Shown: positions 25,963 to 36,234 of the stretch, in pieces
Numbering within the stretch: the first letter of the stretch is position 1
How the letters are laid out: each line of letters opens with the position of its first letter
NCBI GenBank assembly: GCA_001780275.1
Contig: MFGB01000017.1
Coordinates: forward strand, 59,841 to 123,840
Direction: 5' to 3'
Source: Candidatus Falkowbacteria bacterium RIFOXYA2_FULL_47_19
Lineage (GTDB): Bacteria > Patescibacteriota > Patescibacteriia > Patescibacteriales > UBA12075
Length of the DNA: 64,000 bases
Translations under genes and position numbers: made by a program
Notes under the pieces: model-generated
The model's input: the letters and a program-made list of their open reading frames with translations, nothing else
Database searches by the model: none
What the model was told of the DNA's origin: nothing

Positions 25963-27384
25963 ATGAAAAATAATAAGATTACCCCGCAAAAAGAAGATTT
26001 TCCCCGATGGTACCAGGATGTGGTCAAGGAGGCGGAATTGGCGGAAAATTCCGAAGTCAGGGGTTGCGGCATAGTGCGTCCGTACGGATATAAGATCTGG
26101 GAGCTTATAAAGGAAGAGCTTAACAGGATGATAACGTCTACCGGGGTGGAAAACGTTTATTTTCCTATTTTCGTGCCCATGGAGAACCTGGAAGCGGAGA
26201 AAGACCATATCGAGGGATTCGCGCCGGAATTGGCGGTCGTTACGCATGGCGGAGGCCAGGAATTGGTCAATAAACTGGTCGTGCGCCCGACCTCGGAAAC
26301 CGCCATGTACAAGACCTATGCCCGCTGGATCCAAAGCTATAAAGATCTGCCCCTGAGGCTGAACCAATGGAATAATGTCGTTCGCTGGGAAAAACGGCCG
26401 CGGGCTTTTTTGCGCTGGAGCGAATTTCTGTGGCAGGAGGGACATACGGTTTTTGCCGACCGCGAGGGAGCGATCGCCGAGATGTGGCAGATGCTGGATA
26501 TTTACGAGAAGATGTATGAATATATGGCTCTGCCGGTTTTTAAGGGTCGGAAATCGGAAGTGGAAAAATTCGCCGGCGCCGAGATCACTTCGACCGTCGA
26601 AGTTATGGTAAGGGACGGAAAGGCGATACAAGGCGGTACCAGCCATTATCTGGGAACAAATTTTTCCGAAGTATTCGACGTTAAGTATCTAGGCGAAGAC
26701 GGAGAGAAGCATTTCGGCCATCAAAACAGCTGGGGTTTTTCCTGGCGATCGATCGGCGCCGTTATCATGGGGCACGGTGACGATAACGGCTTGAGATTGC
26801 CGCCCAATATCGCCCCTATCCAGGTAGTGACCGTGCCTATTTATAAGGATGAAAACAAGGCGGAGGTAATAACATATGCCGAAAAGATATTTTCCGATAT
26901 TAAGGGCTGGCGCAAGAAGATCGATCTAAGGAATAACCTGACCCCTGGATTCAAATATAATCACTGGGAAGCGCGCGGCGTACCGGTCAGGCTGGAGATC
27001 GGGCCTAAAGAAGCGGCTGACGGAACAGTAACCGTCTTCAGGCGGGATATTAATACCAAGGAGACGGTCGGAGAAAAGGATCTATCGGCCCGTTTGGAAA
27101 AATTAATGGCGGAAATCCACGATAATCTTTATAAACAGGCCAAAGAGTTCGCCCTGGCGCACATTCACCGGATAGAAAGCGTTGATGAGATAAAGGATCA
27201 GGTGGGATTTTTTGAGGCCAGTTGGTCGGAAGATCCCGCTTCGGAAAGATCGCTGAAAGAAAGATTTTCCATGGTTTCACGCGTTTTGCCGGCGGATAAT
27301 CAGGATAAAGAGCCGAAAAACAAGAAGTGTTTCATTACCGGCAAAGAAGCTAAACATGATTGGCTTTTCGCCAAAAGTTATTAA
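25963..27384 (+). CDS. proS: Proline--tRNA ligase (archaeal/Thermus-type, no insertion domain)
   Basis: MKNNKITPQKEDFPRWYQDVVKEAELAE…VRGCGIVRPYGYKIWE matches the N-terminus of compact ProRS enzymes. The track GTG start at 25912 lies at or near the predicted transcription start, at the promoter's edge. Confidence 0.92.
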   Translation: MKNNKITPQKEDFPRWYQDVVKEAELAENSEVRGCGIVRPYGYKIWELIKEELNRMITSTGVENVYFPIFVPMENLEAEKDHIEGFAPELAVVTHGGGQELVNKLVVRPTSETAMYKTYARWIQSYKDLPLRLNQWNNVVRWEKRPRAFLRWSEFLWQEGHTVFADREGAIAEMWQMLDIYEKMYEYMALPVFKGRKSEVEKFAGAEITSTVEVMVRDGKAIQGGTSHYLGTNFSEVFDVKYLGEDGEKHFGHQNSWGFSWRSIGAVIMGHGDDNGLRLPPNIAPIQVVTVPIYKDENKAEVITYAEKIFSDIKGWRKKIDLRNNLTPGFKYNHWEARGVPVRLEIGPKEAADGTVTVFRRDINTKETVGEKDLSARLEKLMAEIHDNLYKQAKEFALAHIHRIESVDEIKDQVGFFEASWSEDPASERSLKERFSMVSRVLPADNQDKEPKNKKCFITGKEAKHDWLFAKSY

Positions 27385-27387
27385 AGC

Positions 27388-28431
<1,044 letters not shown>

Positions 28432-28505
28432 CAAGGGAGCGGACCGCGGCCGCGGTTTGGATTTTTTGTTTTTTGTTTAGTTTTTATCATTGTTTTTATC
28501 AGATT

Positions 28506-29315
28506 ATGTTGCGTATAGATAAAAAAAGAATCATTAAATACGGGGCAGTGATCGGACTGCTTGTTTTTTTGTACACCATCGGTCTTTTCGGGCCAATTGA
28601 GGGATTCGTTGCCGGAAGCCTTGATCCCTTAACGGAAAAACTCTATTCATTGAGCCATGGTTTGCGTACGGCTTACAATAAACAGGCCAATAAGCAGAAT
28701 CTGGCGGCTGAGATCGTCCTTTTGCGCGAGCGGATGAACGAATTAACGGTAGAGAATACCCGTATTAAGATCATCGAAGAAGAGAATAAGAGTCTGCGGG
28801 AACATCTGGGTTTTCTGACCCAGAATGAATATAAATACGTCATGGCGAATGTTATATCCCGCGGCGATATTGCCGACATGAGCGGCCGGACGGAAACGAT
28901 AATTATCGACAAGGGCCTCAAAGACGGTATCTATTCCGGCCTGGGAGTAGTATCCAGCGAAGGCATAATAGTGGGGCGCATAGTTGACGCCAAGGATAAT
29001 ATTTCCCAGGTCTATCTGACCAATAACGGCAAATGCAAATTGGCCGCTGCCGTGCTTTCTTCCGGCAAGACCAGTGGAGTGGTCGAGGGTAAATTAGGCC
29101 TGACCATTAAAATGAATTTTATACCCCAAAACGAAGAAATAAAAATGGAAGATATTGTCATTACTTCCGGGCTGGAGGAAATGATCCCTCGCGGCCTGGT
29201 TATCGGCCGGGTACTGGAAGTCATCAAGGAAAGCAACGAGGTTTGGCAAACCGCGGTCATCGAGCCCATGGCCGACCCGGAGGATCTGATCATCGTATCG
29301 GTGCTTTTGCCGTAA
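28506..29315 (+). CDS. mreC: Rod shape-determining protein MreC
   Basis: N-terminal TM, a coiled coil (LRERMNELTVENTRIKIIEEENKSLRE) and beta-barrel domains. It sits directly after mreB. Confidence 0.85.
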   Translation: MLRIDKKRIIKYGAVIGLLVFLYTIGLFGPIEGFVAGSLDPLTEKLYSLSHGLRTAYNKQANKQNLAAEIVLLRERMNELTVENTRIKIIEEENKSLREHLGFLTQNEYKYVMANVISRGDIADMSGRTETIIIDKGLKDGIYSGLGVVSSEGIIVGRIVDAKDNISQVYLTNNGKCKLAAAVLSSGKTSGVVEGKLGLTIKMNFIPQNEEIKMEDIVITSGLEEMIPRGLVIGRVLEVIKESNEVWQTAVIEPMADPEDLIIVSVLLP

Positions 29316-29370
29316 ATCAGGCTTTAGATTTTTTAATTTTTAAGCGTTTAACCGCTTAACACGTTAATAT

Positions 29371-29901
29371 ATGTACGGCAAAATAACATTAAACGCCATT
29401 TTGATAATCCTGTTGTCCGTTTCACAGATATCGTTCGTGAGCGGATTGCCGGGATGGTTCGCCGATATCAACCTACCTATCATGGTTCTCGTTTTTATGT
29501 TAGCGCTTTCCGGTTTTCGTCTGGCACTTTTCTGGTCATTCGGAATGGGTCTTCTTTTGGATATATATTCTTTCCTCCCTTTCGGGATTTACATGGCCGT
29601 TTTTCCTTCCATAGCGATACTCATTAATTTCTTTTTGATCCATTTTTTTACCAATCGTTCTTTGTATTCTTTTCTGGCGTTGGCGGCTCTGGCGCTTTTA
29701 CTTCACGAAATTCTCGTTTACTCTTTAAGTTACGCCGTTTATTTCGTTAATCGACAGGATTTGAACGTATATTTTGACGGAAAGTTCTGGTCGGATCAGG
29801 CGGGGGTATTTATAATGAATTTAGGCGCCGTTTTCATACTTTTTTATCTTTTTACTTTAGCCGGAAAAAATCTGAAGCCCGTATTTTTAATCAGACGGTA
29901 G
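29371..29901 (+). CDS. mreD: Rod shape-determining protein MreD (by position and topology)
   Basis: A polytopic membrane protein of about 176 aa between mreC and the PBP2 gene. Confidence 0.6.
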   Translation: MYGKITLNAILIILLSVSQISFVSGLPGWFADINLPIMVLVFMLALSGFRLALFWSFGMGLLLDIYSFLPFGIYMAVFPSIAILINFFLIHFFTNRSLYSFLALAALALLLHEILVYSLSYAVYFVNRQDLNVYFDGKFWSDQAGVFIMNLGAVFILFYLFTLAGKNLKPVFLIRR

Positions 29902-29939
29902 CCGGGTTTCAGGTTTAAAGACAACGCTTTAAAAAAAAC

Positions 29940-31937
29940 ATGCTAAAGAATTTTTTTATCAGACAATTAAAAACGGACAGGCGAAAAAAAGATCCGTTCC
30001 TTCTGCAAACCGGCCGGTTGAAAGACGGAATACTGGCCACCGTTTACCGCCCCGGTTGGGCCGAAGACGTGCACATAAGCGATGACCGCGAGAAAGAAAC
30101 CGTCGGGCGAAGTTTTAATTTTTCAAAAATAACTTTTTTGAGCCTGGTTCTGACCTTGTTCCTGTCGGTTATTTTGGCTAAATCCGCCTGGCTCCAGGTC
30201 GTTAAAGGCGAATATTATTATTGGCTTTCGGAGGGCAACCGGATCCGCATCGAAAGAATAGAACCGAGAAGGGGGGTTATTTACGATCGCGATAAAATCC
30301 CGCTGGTCAGGAATAAAGCCAATTTCCTGCTTTATTTCGTCCCCGCCGATATGCCGGAAGACGAAGAACTGGCCGGCATCCTAAGGAGGATCGGTGCGAT
30401 TCTGGGTAATATCTCAGAGCGGGATTTAGCCGAACGATTAGCCGAAGTGGACTCCGGATCCCTCGCGGCCTACCAGCCGCTTTTCGTGGCGGACAACATC
30501 GAATACGAGAAAGCCATGATACTTTATCTGGAATCCGCCAATTGGCCCGGGGTAATATTATCGAATCGGACCAGTCGGAATTACCTCACTTACGCTCCGG
30601 ACAATGGCCAAAGCGGATTTTCCTTATCGCATATCATCGGTTACACGGGGAAAATAAACGAGCGCGAACTGGAACAATTCGGCGAAGAATACCTGCCCAT
30701 CGATTATATCGGCAAGATGGGCATAGAATATTTTTGGGAAAACGAGCTTAAGGGGGTAAGCGGCAAGAAGCAGATAGAGGTTGACGCTTTAGGCAAGGAA
30801 AAAAAGGTTATCGGCCAGGAGCCGCCCGAAAACGGCCATAACCTGGTTTTATCGCTTGATACCGAGGCTCAGATAAAACTCGAAAATATCATGGTTGAAC
30901 ATTTATCGAAGCGGAAGTTAAGCCGCGCGTCGGCCATAGTGATGGATCCGGAAAACGGCGAGGTTCTGGCGATGGTAAGCCTGCCGGCCTTTGACAATAA
31001 CGTCTTCGCCCGGGGCATATCCCAGGACGAGTATAACGCGATCATCGGCCATCCGGACCATCCGCTTTTTAATCGCGCGGTTTCCGGCGAATATCCCTCC
31101 GGCTCCACGATCAAGCCGATTATGGCGGCGGCGGCCCTGGAGGAAGGGATCATCACTGATCACACCACCTTTTTAAGCACTGGCGGCATCCGAATCGGAG
31201 AATGGTTTTTCCCGGATTGGCTCGCCGGCGGCCATGGGCGCGTCAACGTCAAGCTGGCGATCGCCAACTCTGTCAATACTTTTTTCTATTATATCGGCGG
31301 CGGCCACGAAGATTTCAAGGGATTGGGACTTGACCGCATTATCCAATACGATAAAGCTTTCGGTTTAGGCGCCCAGACCGGTATCGATTTGGCGGGCGAA
31401 GCGGACGGCTTCCTGCCGACCCAGGAGTGGAAAAAAGAGGTTAAAAACGAACCCTGGTATATCGGTGATACTTATCATATATCCATCGGCCAGGGGGATC
31501 TCCTGGTTACGCCCCTGCAGGTCGCCGCTTACACGGCCGTATTCGCCAACGGAGGAAAATTATACCGGCCGCATTTCGTTACGCATATATTAACGGCCGA
31601 TGACGGCCTGATCGCCCCCATTCCCGTCGAACCGGTCAGGGAGAATTTTATCTCAGGGGACAATATCGATATCGTGAGAGAGGGTATGCGGCAGACGGTA
31701 ACTACGGGCAGCGCCCGCCGGCTTTTTTCTTTGCCCGTGCCGGCCGCCGGCAAGACCGGCACGGCGCAGTGGTCGTCTAAGAACGATCCGCACGCCTGGT
31801 TTACCGGCTTCGCTCCTTTTGACGAACCGAAAGTGGTCATAACCGTTTTGATGGAGGAGGGAAAAGAGGGAAGTGAAACCGCCGTACCGATAGCGGAGGA
31901 ATTTTTGCGATGGTACTTTGGGGAACGCAAAAAATGA
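29940..31937 (+). CDS. mrdA: Penicillin-binding protein 2 (elongasome transpeptidase)
   Basis: SxxK (SGSTIKP), SxN (NSVN) and KTGT (GKTGTAQ) motifs. N-terminal TM anchor. Confidence 0.9.
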   Translation: MLKNFFIRQLKTDRRKKDPFLLQTGRLKDGILATVYRPGWAEDVHISDDREKETVGRSFNFSKITFLSLVLTLFLSVILAKSAWLQVVKGEYYYWLSEGNRIRIERIEPRRGVIYDRDKIPLVRNKANFLLYFVPADMPEDEELAGILRRIGAILGNISERDLAERLAEVDSGSLAAYQPLFVADNIEYEKAMILYLESANWPGVILSNRTSRNYLTYAPDNGQSGFSLSHIIGYTGKINERELEQFGEEYLPIDYIGKMGIEYFWENELKGVSGKKQIEVDALGKEKKVIGQEPPENGHNLVLSLDTEAQIKLENIMVEHLSKRKLSRASAIVMDPENGEVLAMVSLPAFDNNVFARGISQDEYNAIIGHPDHPLFNRAVSGEYPSGSTIKPIMAAAALEEGIITDHTTFLSTGGIRIGEWFFPDWLAGGHGRVNVKLAIANSVNTFFYYIGGGHEDFKGLGLDRIIQYDKAFGLGAQTGIDLAGEADGFLPTQEWKKEVKNEPWYIGDTYHISIGQGDLLVTPLQVAAYTAVFANGGKLYRPHFVTHILTADDGLIAPIPVEPVRENFISGDNIDIVREGMRQTVTTGSARRLFSLPVPAAGKTGTAQWSSKNDPHAWFTGFAPFDEPKVVITVLMEEGKEGSETAVPIAEEFLRWYFGERKK

Positions 31938-31976
31938 CGGTTTTTGCCTCCGTCAGGAACACGCGGAAAATTAGGC

Positions 31977-32005
31977 TTGACATCCGAGCGAAGAGATGAT
32001 ATTAT
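31977..32005 (+). promoter_or_regulatory. Promoter of the four-Cys hypothetical gene
   Basis: TTGACA, 17 nt, TATTAT. It predicts a 5' UTR of about 85 nt containing the hairpin CCCTA-ATTT-TAGGG. Confidence 0.65.
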
Positions 32006-32097
32006 ATACAAAATATCGGGACCCTAATTTTAGGGCTGTTACGTTAACCGATAAAAATCGCACTTTTTTAACCATCAAAATAATAAGGGGAGGATCG

Positions 32098-32469
32098 ATG
32101 TTGCCAACTGTCTTCAATTTTGACCATGCCGCGTTGTCCCGGATAGCCAGGGGAGGGGAGCCGAAATGCATCATTATTGACTGCCACAAACCCGGACAGC
32201 TTGTTTGCGGTGAACATCTTTGCGAATACGGACTTGCGTCGCTGCATCGCGCCCGATTATGGATTTTAGCCTATCAGTACTACGAAAAGGGGGTCAGATT
32301 CAGAGTGTTTCGGGATGTGGTGGATTTGATCAAGTATTACATGCCGGGAGCTTTGTCCGATATCGCGAATTTGGTCAAAACTATACGGGAACATCAGCCC
32401 AACGTGGACGAAAACCTCATAAGGGATATAGCCCGCTGCTTCGCGGGCGAAACAGACGCACAAAATTAA
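32098..32469 (+). CDS. Hypothetical protein with an N-terminal four-Cys cluster
   Basis: SD GGGGAGG lies before the ATG at 32098. Motif KCIIIDCHKPGQLVCGEHLC. The track start at 31996 lies inside the promoter -10 region. Confidence 0.6.
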   Translation: MLPTVFNFDHAALSRIARGGEPKCIIIDCHKPGQLVCGEHLCEYGLASLHRARLWILAYQYYEKGVRFRVFRDVVDLIKYYMPGALSDIANLVKTIREHQPNVDENLIRDIARCFAGETDAQN

Positions 32470-32531
32470 GATCAATGATTTTTTTAAAAACAAAGACGAC
32501 CCGTGTCGTCTTTTTTATTGTCCTGATTGAT

Positions 32532-34370
32532 TTAATATTCTTTAAAGATGTCGCTTAACTTCTGTTTGCCGAGAATGTGCAGTTCGAAGATAGCGCGGGT
32601 CATGGCCACATATAAGAGATCCCTCTTTACCCGTTTTTTTTCCGCGATAAAATCAGCCGGCATATTGGCGTAGGCCGGCAGCGACAGCCAGCCGTCGTTT
32701 GCCCCGACCAGGCAGACAATATCGAATTCCACGCCCTGGGCCTCGTTCATGGTCAGAATGTGCACGTTGGCGTTATTATGGAAAGATTTTTTAAATTTTT
32801 CCAGATAGTCTTTTTCGGCGGCTATAATACCGATGATATTTTTTTCCTTGGATTTTTCCAGGAGTTTTTTGATATATTCTATCTCTTCCGCCGGTCCGGG
32901 AAAAACGGCTTCTTTGACATCGGCGCCGCTCTTGGCCGAGTCGGGAATATTTATATCGTAACCGAGGTCTTTAATGTATTTAAGTATGCTCCCGGTATTG
33001 CGATAGACTTTATCCAGCCGGATATGCCGGTCGGGTTTTATTTCTTCCCCGATCTCTTCCCAGGTTTTTACGGTAAAAAGATTGATCTGCTGGCCCAGGT
33101 CGCCGATGTACAATAACGAACGAAGTTTATCGATGCAGCCGCGGATGATGGCTAATTGGGAAGGCAGATAGTTTTGGAATTCATCGATGATGATCAAAGA
33201 GTATTCGATCGGTTTTTTTCTGGTTTTCCTGGTTAAAAGATAATTTTTGTCAGTTACGTAATATTCTTCTTCCATGGTAAGCCCGCCGTACGCTCTTAGG
33301 CGCGATTTAAGGAGCAGGGTAAGGTCGAAACGATCCAGCAATTTCCGGTTTTTTTGTTTTTTGAATAAATTATACATGGCCGGAGACAGGCCGGTCCGAT
33401 AGATCTTTTCCAGCCAGGCCAGGGAGAAGCGGGCAGGGGGAGGGATATCCTCTTGCGCGAGCAGGCGGTTTTTTTCGTATTCGTACGCGTCTTTCTCCGC
33501 TTCCGTGCCACCGAATCGGTTCGTATAAGCGAGTTCGTCATTTAGCCCTAAAATTTTCGCTGCCCACTCGAAGATGGTGGTTATGCTGACGTCTTCTATG
33601 CCCAGTTCCGGAAGAAGGTGGGAGAAATAGTCTTTCGTCCCCGCGTCCTGAACGAAAACGATCGCCCGGCGGCCGCTGTAACGCTCGGCGGTTTCCGGAG
33701 ACTGCGCCAGGTAAGCCGCCCGATGAAGAGCGAGCGTGGTCTTGCCGGACCCGGCCGGGCCGGAAATGACGAAGGATCCGGCGCAGTCGGCGCGGATAAC
33801 TTCGTCCTGCGCCCTTTCCATGCGTTCGATTATTTCCGGCAGGGCAAAGCCGGTTTTGCGCGTCGAAAAGTATTCCTGATAAACCAGGGTTCGCGGCCGG
33901 CCGGTCTCTTCGGATGTCAGATAAACGATCTTGCCGTCGATGATCATGAATTGGTCTTTACGAAGCATGAGCCCATGTTTGATTTCCCCGTCCCGCCGCA
34001 CATAAGAAAACCGGCCGCAGTCCTCGAAGCGGATGGACGCTATGGGCGCTACCCAGGAATAGACGGACTCTTCGGTATAGGGAAACTTGGCAAAATAGAG
34101 CGTCTTCTCTTCGGGTTCGCCATCGAAGCGTACGTCGCATCTGACGAAATACGGCGAAGGATATAATTTTTTGAGCTCATCCAGCCTTTTGGCGTTGTAA
34201 TACATAAGCTCAACATGGACCATCCGGTCGGTGCCCCGGAGGCGTTTAAGCTCCGCGAGGTTTCTTTTGTCTTTATTCTCAAGTTCGGCCGATAAGATAC
34301 CGATCTTATTCCTGATCACGGATAAACGCTCTTTGGCGCGGCTATGGATTTTGCTTTTTTCTTCAGTCAT
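32532..34370 (-). CDS. helD: HelD-like UvrD/Rep superfamily-1 helicase (RNA polymerase recycling ATPase-like)
   Basis: Walker A ISGPAGSGKTTLALHRAAYL, motif II IIIDEFQNY, and C-terminal LYVAMTRAIFELHILG. The N-terminal coiled coil plus PYFVRCDVRF…YSWVAPIASIRFED is typical of HelD. Confidence 0.8.
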   Translation of the reverse strand: MTEEKSKIHSRAKERLSVIRNKIGILSAELENKDKRNLAELKRLRGTDRMVHVELMYYNAKRLDELKKLYPSPYFVRCDVRFDGEPEEKTLYFAKFPYTEESVYSWVAPIASIRFEDCGRFSYVRRDGEIKHGLMLRKDQFMIIDGKIVYLTSEETGRPRTLVYQEYFSTRKTGFALPEIIERMERAQDEVIRADCAGSFVISGPAGSGKTTLALHRAAYLAQSPETAERYSGRRAIVFVQDAGTKDYFSHLLPELGIEDVSITTIFEWAAKILGLNDELAYTNRFGGTEAEKDAYEYEKNRLLAQEDIPPPARFSLAWLEKIYRTGLSPAMYNLFKKQKNRKLLDRFDLTLLLKSRLRAYGGLTMEEEYYVTDKNYLLTRKTRKKPIEYSLIIIDEFQNYLPSQLAIIRGCIDKLRSLLYIGDLGQQINLFTVKTWEEIGEEIKPDRHIRLDKVYRNTGSILKYIKDLGYDINIPDSAKSGADVKEAVFPGPAEEIEYIKKLLEKSKEKNIIGIIAAEKDYLEKFKKSFHNNANVHILTMNEAQGVEFDIVCLVGANDGWLSLPAYANMPADFIAEKKRVKRDLLYVAMTRAIFELHILGKQKLSDIFKEY

Positions 34371-34378
34371 ATTTTTTC

Positions 34379-34387
34379 ATTATACCA
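34379..34387 (-). promoter_or_regulatory. Extended -10 promoter immediately upstream of helD (near-leaderless)
   Basis: Reverse strand: TGgTATAAT, with 8 nt to the ATG at 34370. Confidence 0.45.
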
Positions 34388-34389
34388 CA

Positions 34390-34467
34390 AAAAAACTGCC
34401 CGGAGCGGGCAGTTTTTGGGCGATTATAAGAATTTAATATATATAGCAGATAATACTTATTTTTCAT
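34390..34467 (-). ncRNA. Possible short transcript or leader upstream of helD, ending at an intrinsic terminator
   Basis: Minus-strand promoter TTGACA (34502-34497), 17 nt, TAAATT (34479-34474). About 50 nt later comes the hairpin ACTGCCCG-CTC-CGGGCAGT plus a T7 run (34417-34389). Confidence 0.3.
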
Positions 34468-34554
34468 AATTATAATTTACAGGAATTATTTCTATTTGTC
34501 AAATTAAATAATTTAAAGTAAATTTATTTAATTTTAGTAAAAAAAATAATATAT

Positions 34555-34581
34555 TTAGCACTCTCTTGACATGAGTGCTAA
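34555..34581 (+). promoter_or_regulatory. CIRCE operator (HrcA binding site) overlapping the hrcA promoter
   Basis: TTAGCACTC-N9-GAGTGCTAA is a perfect match to the CIRCE consensus. The N9 contains the -35 TTGACA. Confidence 0.95.
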
Positions 34582-34593
34582 GTATTGTATAAT
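34566..34593 (+). promoter_or_regulatory. Promoter of the hrcA-grpE operon
   Basis: TTGACA, 16 nt, TATAAT, embedded in CIRCE. Confidence 0.8.
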
Positions 34594-34620
34594 ATTGATA
34601 TATCCTAGGTGGATAAAAAT

Positions 34621-35304
34621 ATGGATAAAAGAAAGGAACTAATATTAAACACCATTATCCAGGAACATATAAAGACCGGCACGCCGGTTGGTTCAGGCAT
34701 TATCGCGGAAAAATATAAACTGGGAATTTCCCCGGCTACGATCAGGAATGAAATGGCCTCCCTGGAAGAAGACGGCTTTATAACGCAGCCGCACACTTCC
34801 GCCGGCCGGATTCCCACGGAAAAAGCTTATCGTTTATTTTTGGATAGCTTGCGGCCGGATAACGCGGAATTTAAAAACGACTTCCTGAATTTGAAGAATA
34901 TTTTAAAGGCGAAAGACGAGGTAAGCTTCAAGGAGGCCGCCAAGGTCATGGCTTTGGTTTCCGGCAATGCGGTTTTTTGGGCTTTTCACCGGCATAATTT
35001 ATATTATACGGGCATTTCCAACCTGTTCCAGCAGCCGGAGTTCAGGGAATTGGACGTAATTTATGATATTTCCGCGGTCATTGACCGGATAGATGAGATC
35101 GTTGACGAGATGTATGAGGGCACAAAGCCGGGCTTAAGCACGCTTATAGGCACCAAAAACCCCTTTGGAGATCTGTGCAGTACGGTACTGGCGAAATATA
35201 AATGGGGCGAACGGACCGGCCTGTTCGGTGTTATCGGACCGATGCGGATGGATTACAAGAAGAATATCGCTTTAGTTAAATATGTGTTTGATGAGATCGG
35301 ATAA
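34621..35304 (+). CDS. hrcA: Heat-inducible transcription repressor HrcA (short form, about 227 aa)
   Basis: wHTH N-terminus LNTIIQEHIKTGTPVGSGIIAEKYKLGISPATIRNEMASLEEDGFITQPHTSAGRIPTEKAY. A perfect CIRCE lies upstream. SD AGGTGG precedes the ATG at 34621. Confidence 0.88.
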   Translation: MDKRKELILNTIIQEHIKTGTPVGSGIIAEKYKLGISPATIRNEMASLEEDGFITQPHTSAGRIPTEKAYRLFLDSLRPDNAEFKNDFLNLKNILKAKDEVSFKEAAKVMALVSGNAVFWAFHRHNLYYTGISNLFQQPEFRELDVIYDISAVIDRIDEIVDEMYEGTKPGLSTLIGTKNPFGDLCSTVLAKYKWGERTGLFGVIGPMRMDYKKNIALVKYVFDEIG

Positions 35305-35358
35305 TAGCATTTTAAATGAACGGCCCTTGGCCGATAATTAACGAATTTCAATTTTTCT

Positions 35359-36234
35359 ATGGATAATGCGCAAAATGAAATTAAAAAATATCCCAAAGCC
35401 ATTACCGGCGCGTTCATATTCAATGACAAAGGCGAGTTATTTTTGATGAAATCGCCCAAGTGGCAGGATAAATATGTCTGCCCCGGCGGTACGGTCGAGT
35501 ATAATGAAAAAATAGAAGATAATCTGAGGCGCGAAGTAAGGGAAGAAACCAACATGGAGATCGCGGATATCGGATTTTTAGGAATTTCCGAGGGCGTCAA
35601 TTTAGGCGATAAATATTCCAAGGCCGCCAAACATCTGATATTTTTTAATTATCAGGCGGTCGTCAGCGGACGCCCGGATATTAAACTGAACGACGAAGCG
35701 GTCAAATACCGGTGGTTGAAACCGGCCGAGTGGCTGAAGAAAGATCTGGGCGAATTTACCAAAGAGGTAATAGAAAAATATTTATCAGAAGACCGTGATT
35801 ACGAAGGCAGGTATAAGCGAGCCCTGGCTGATTACCAGAATCTTCTCAAACAGACGGCCAAAGAGCGGGAAGAATTCATCAAATACGCGAACGAACAGGT
35901 CATTTATGATATTATCCCGGTTTACGATAATCTGCGGACATCAATGGAGCATGTCGACGAGGCTACGGCCAAGAACGGCTGGGTCGAAGGCATAAAATAC
36001 GTGATCAGGCAATTCAAGGATATTTTAGGGAAGATGGGCGTGGAGGAAATAGAAGCCACCGGTAAAAAATTCGATTATCATACCATGGAGGCGCTGGAGG
36101 GCAAGGGAGAGAAGGTCGTAAAAACGGTCAAGCCGGGGTATAAGCTGCACGGGAAGGTGATCATACCGGCTAAGGTCGTTTTGGAAAAAGGCGGGGATAG
36201 TGCTACTGGTGACGTAGCGGATAAAAAACAATAA
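35359..36234 (+). CDS. grpE: Fusion protein: N-terminal NUDIX hydrolase domain plus C-terminal GrpE nucleotide exchange factor
   Basis: Nudix box GGTVEYNEKIEDNLRREVREETNMEI (aa about 40-70). GrpE region YKRALADYQNLLKQTAKEREEFIKYANEQVIYDIIPVYDNLRTS…KFDYHTMEALE…GYKLHGKVIIPAKV. It is a single uninterrupted 291-aa frame. Confidence 0.85.
   Translation: MDNAQNEIKKYPKAITGAFIFNDKGELFLMKSPKWQDKYVCPGGTVEYNEKIEDNLRREVREETNMEIADIGFLGISEGVNLGDKYSKAAKHLIFFNYQAVVSGRPDIKLNDEAVKYRWLKPAEWLKKDLGEFTKEVIEKYLSEDRDYEGRYKRALADYQNLLKQTAKEREEFIKYANEQVIYDIIPVYDNLRTSMEHVDEATAKNGWVEGIKYVIRQFKDILGKMGVEEIEATGKKFDYHTMEALEGKGEKVVKTVKPGYKLHGKVIIPAKVVLEKGGDSATGDVADKKQ

Noticed and set aside
25864-26646. Long antisense ORFs opposite conserved genes. 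Examples: 260 aa opposite proS, 223 aa at 27459-28130 opposite mreB, 253 aa at 37810-38571 opposite dnaK, 206 aa at 17313-17933 opposite secA, 198 aa at 9386-9982 opposite the sugar transferase, 208 aa at 43890-44516 opposite the HSD-like gene, and 158 aa at 63519-63995 opposite the right-edge gene.
   Set aside because: Each lies entirely within a well-supported gene on the other strand. The products have Arg/Ser/Pro-rich shadow-frame composition. None has an SD or promoter.
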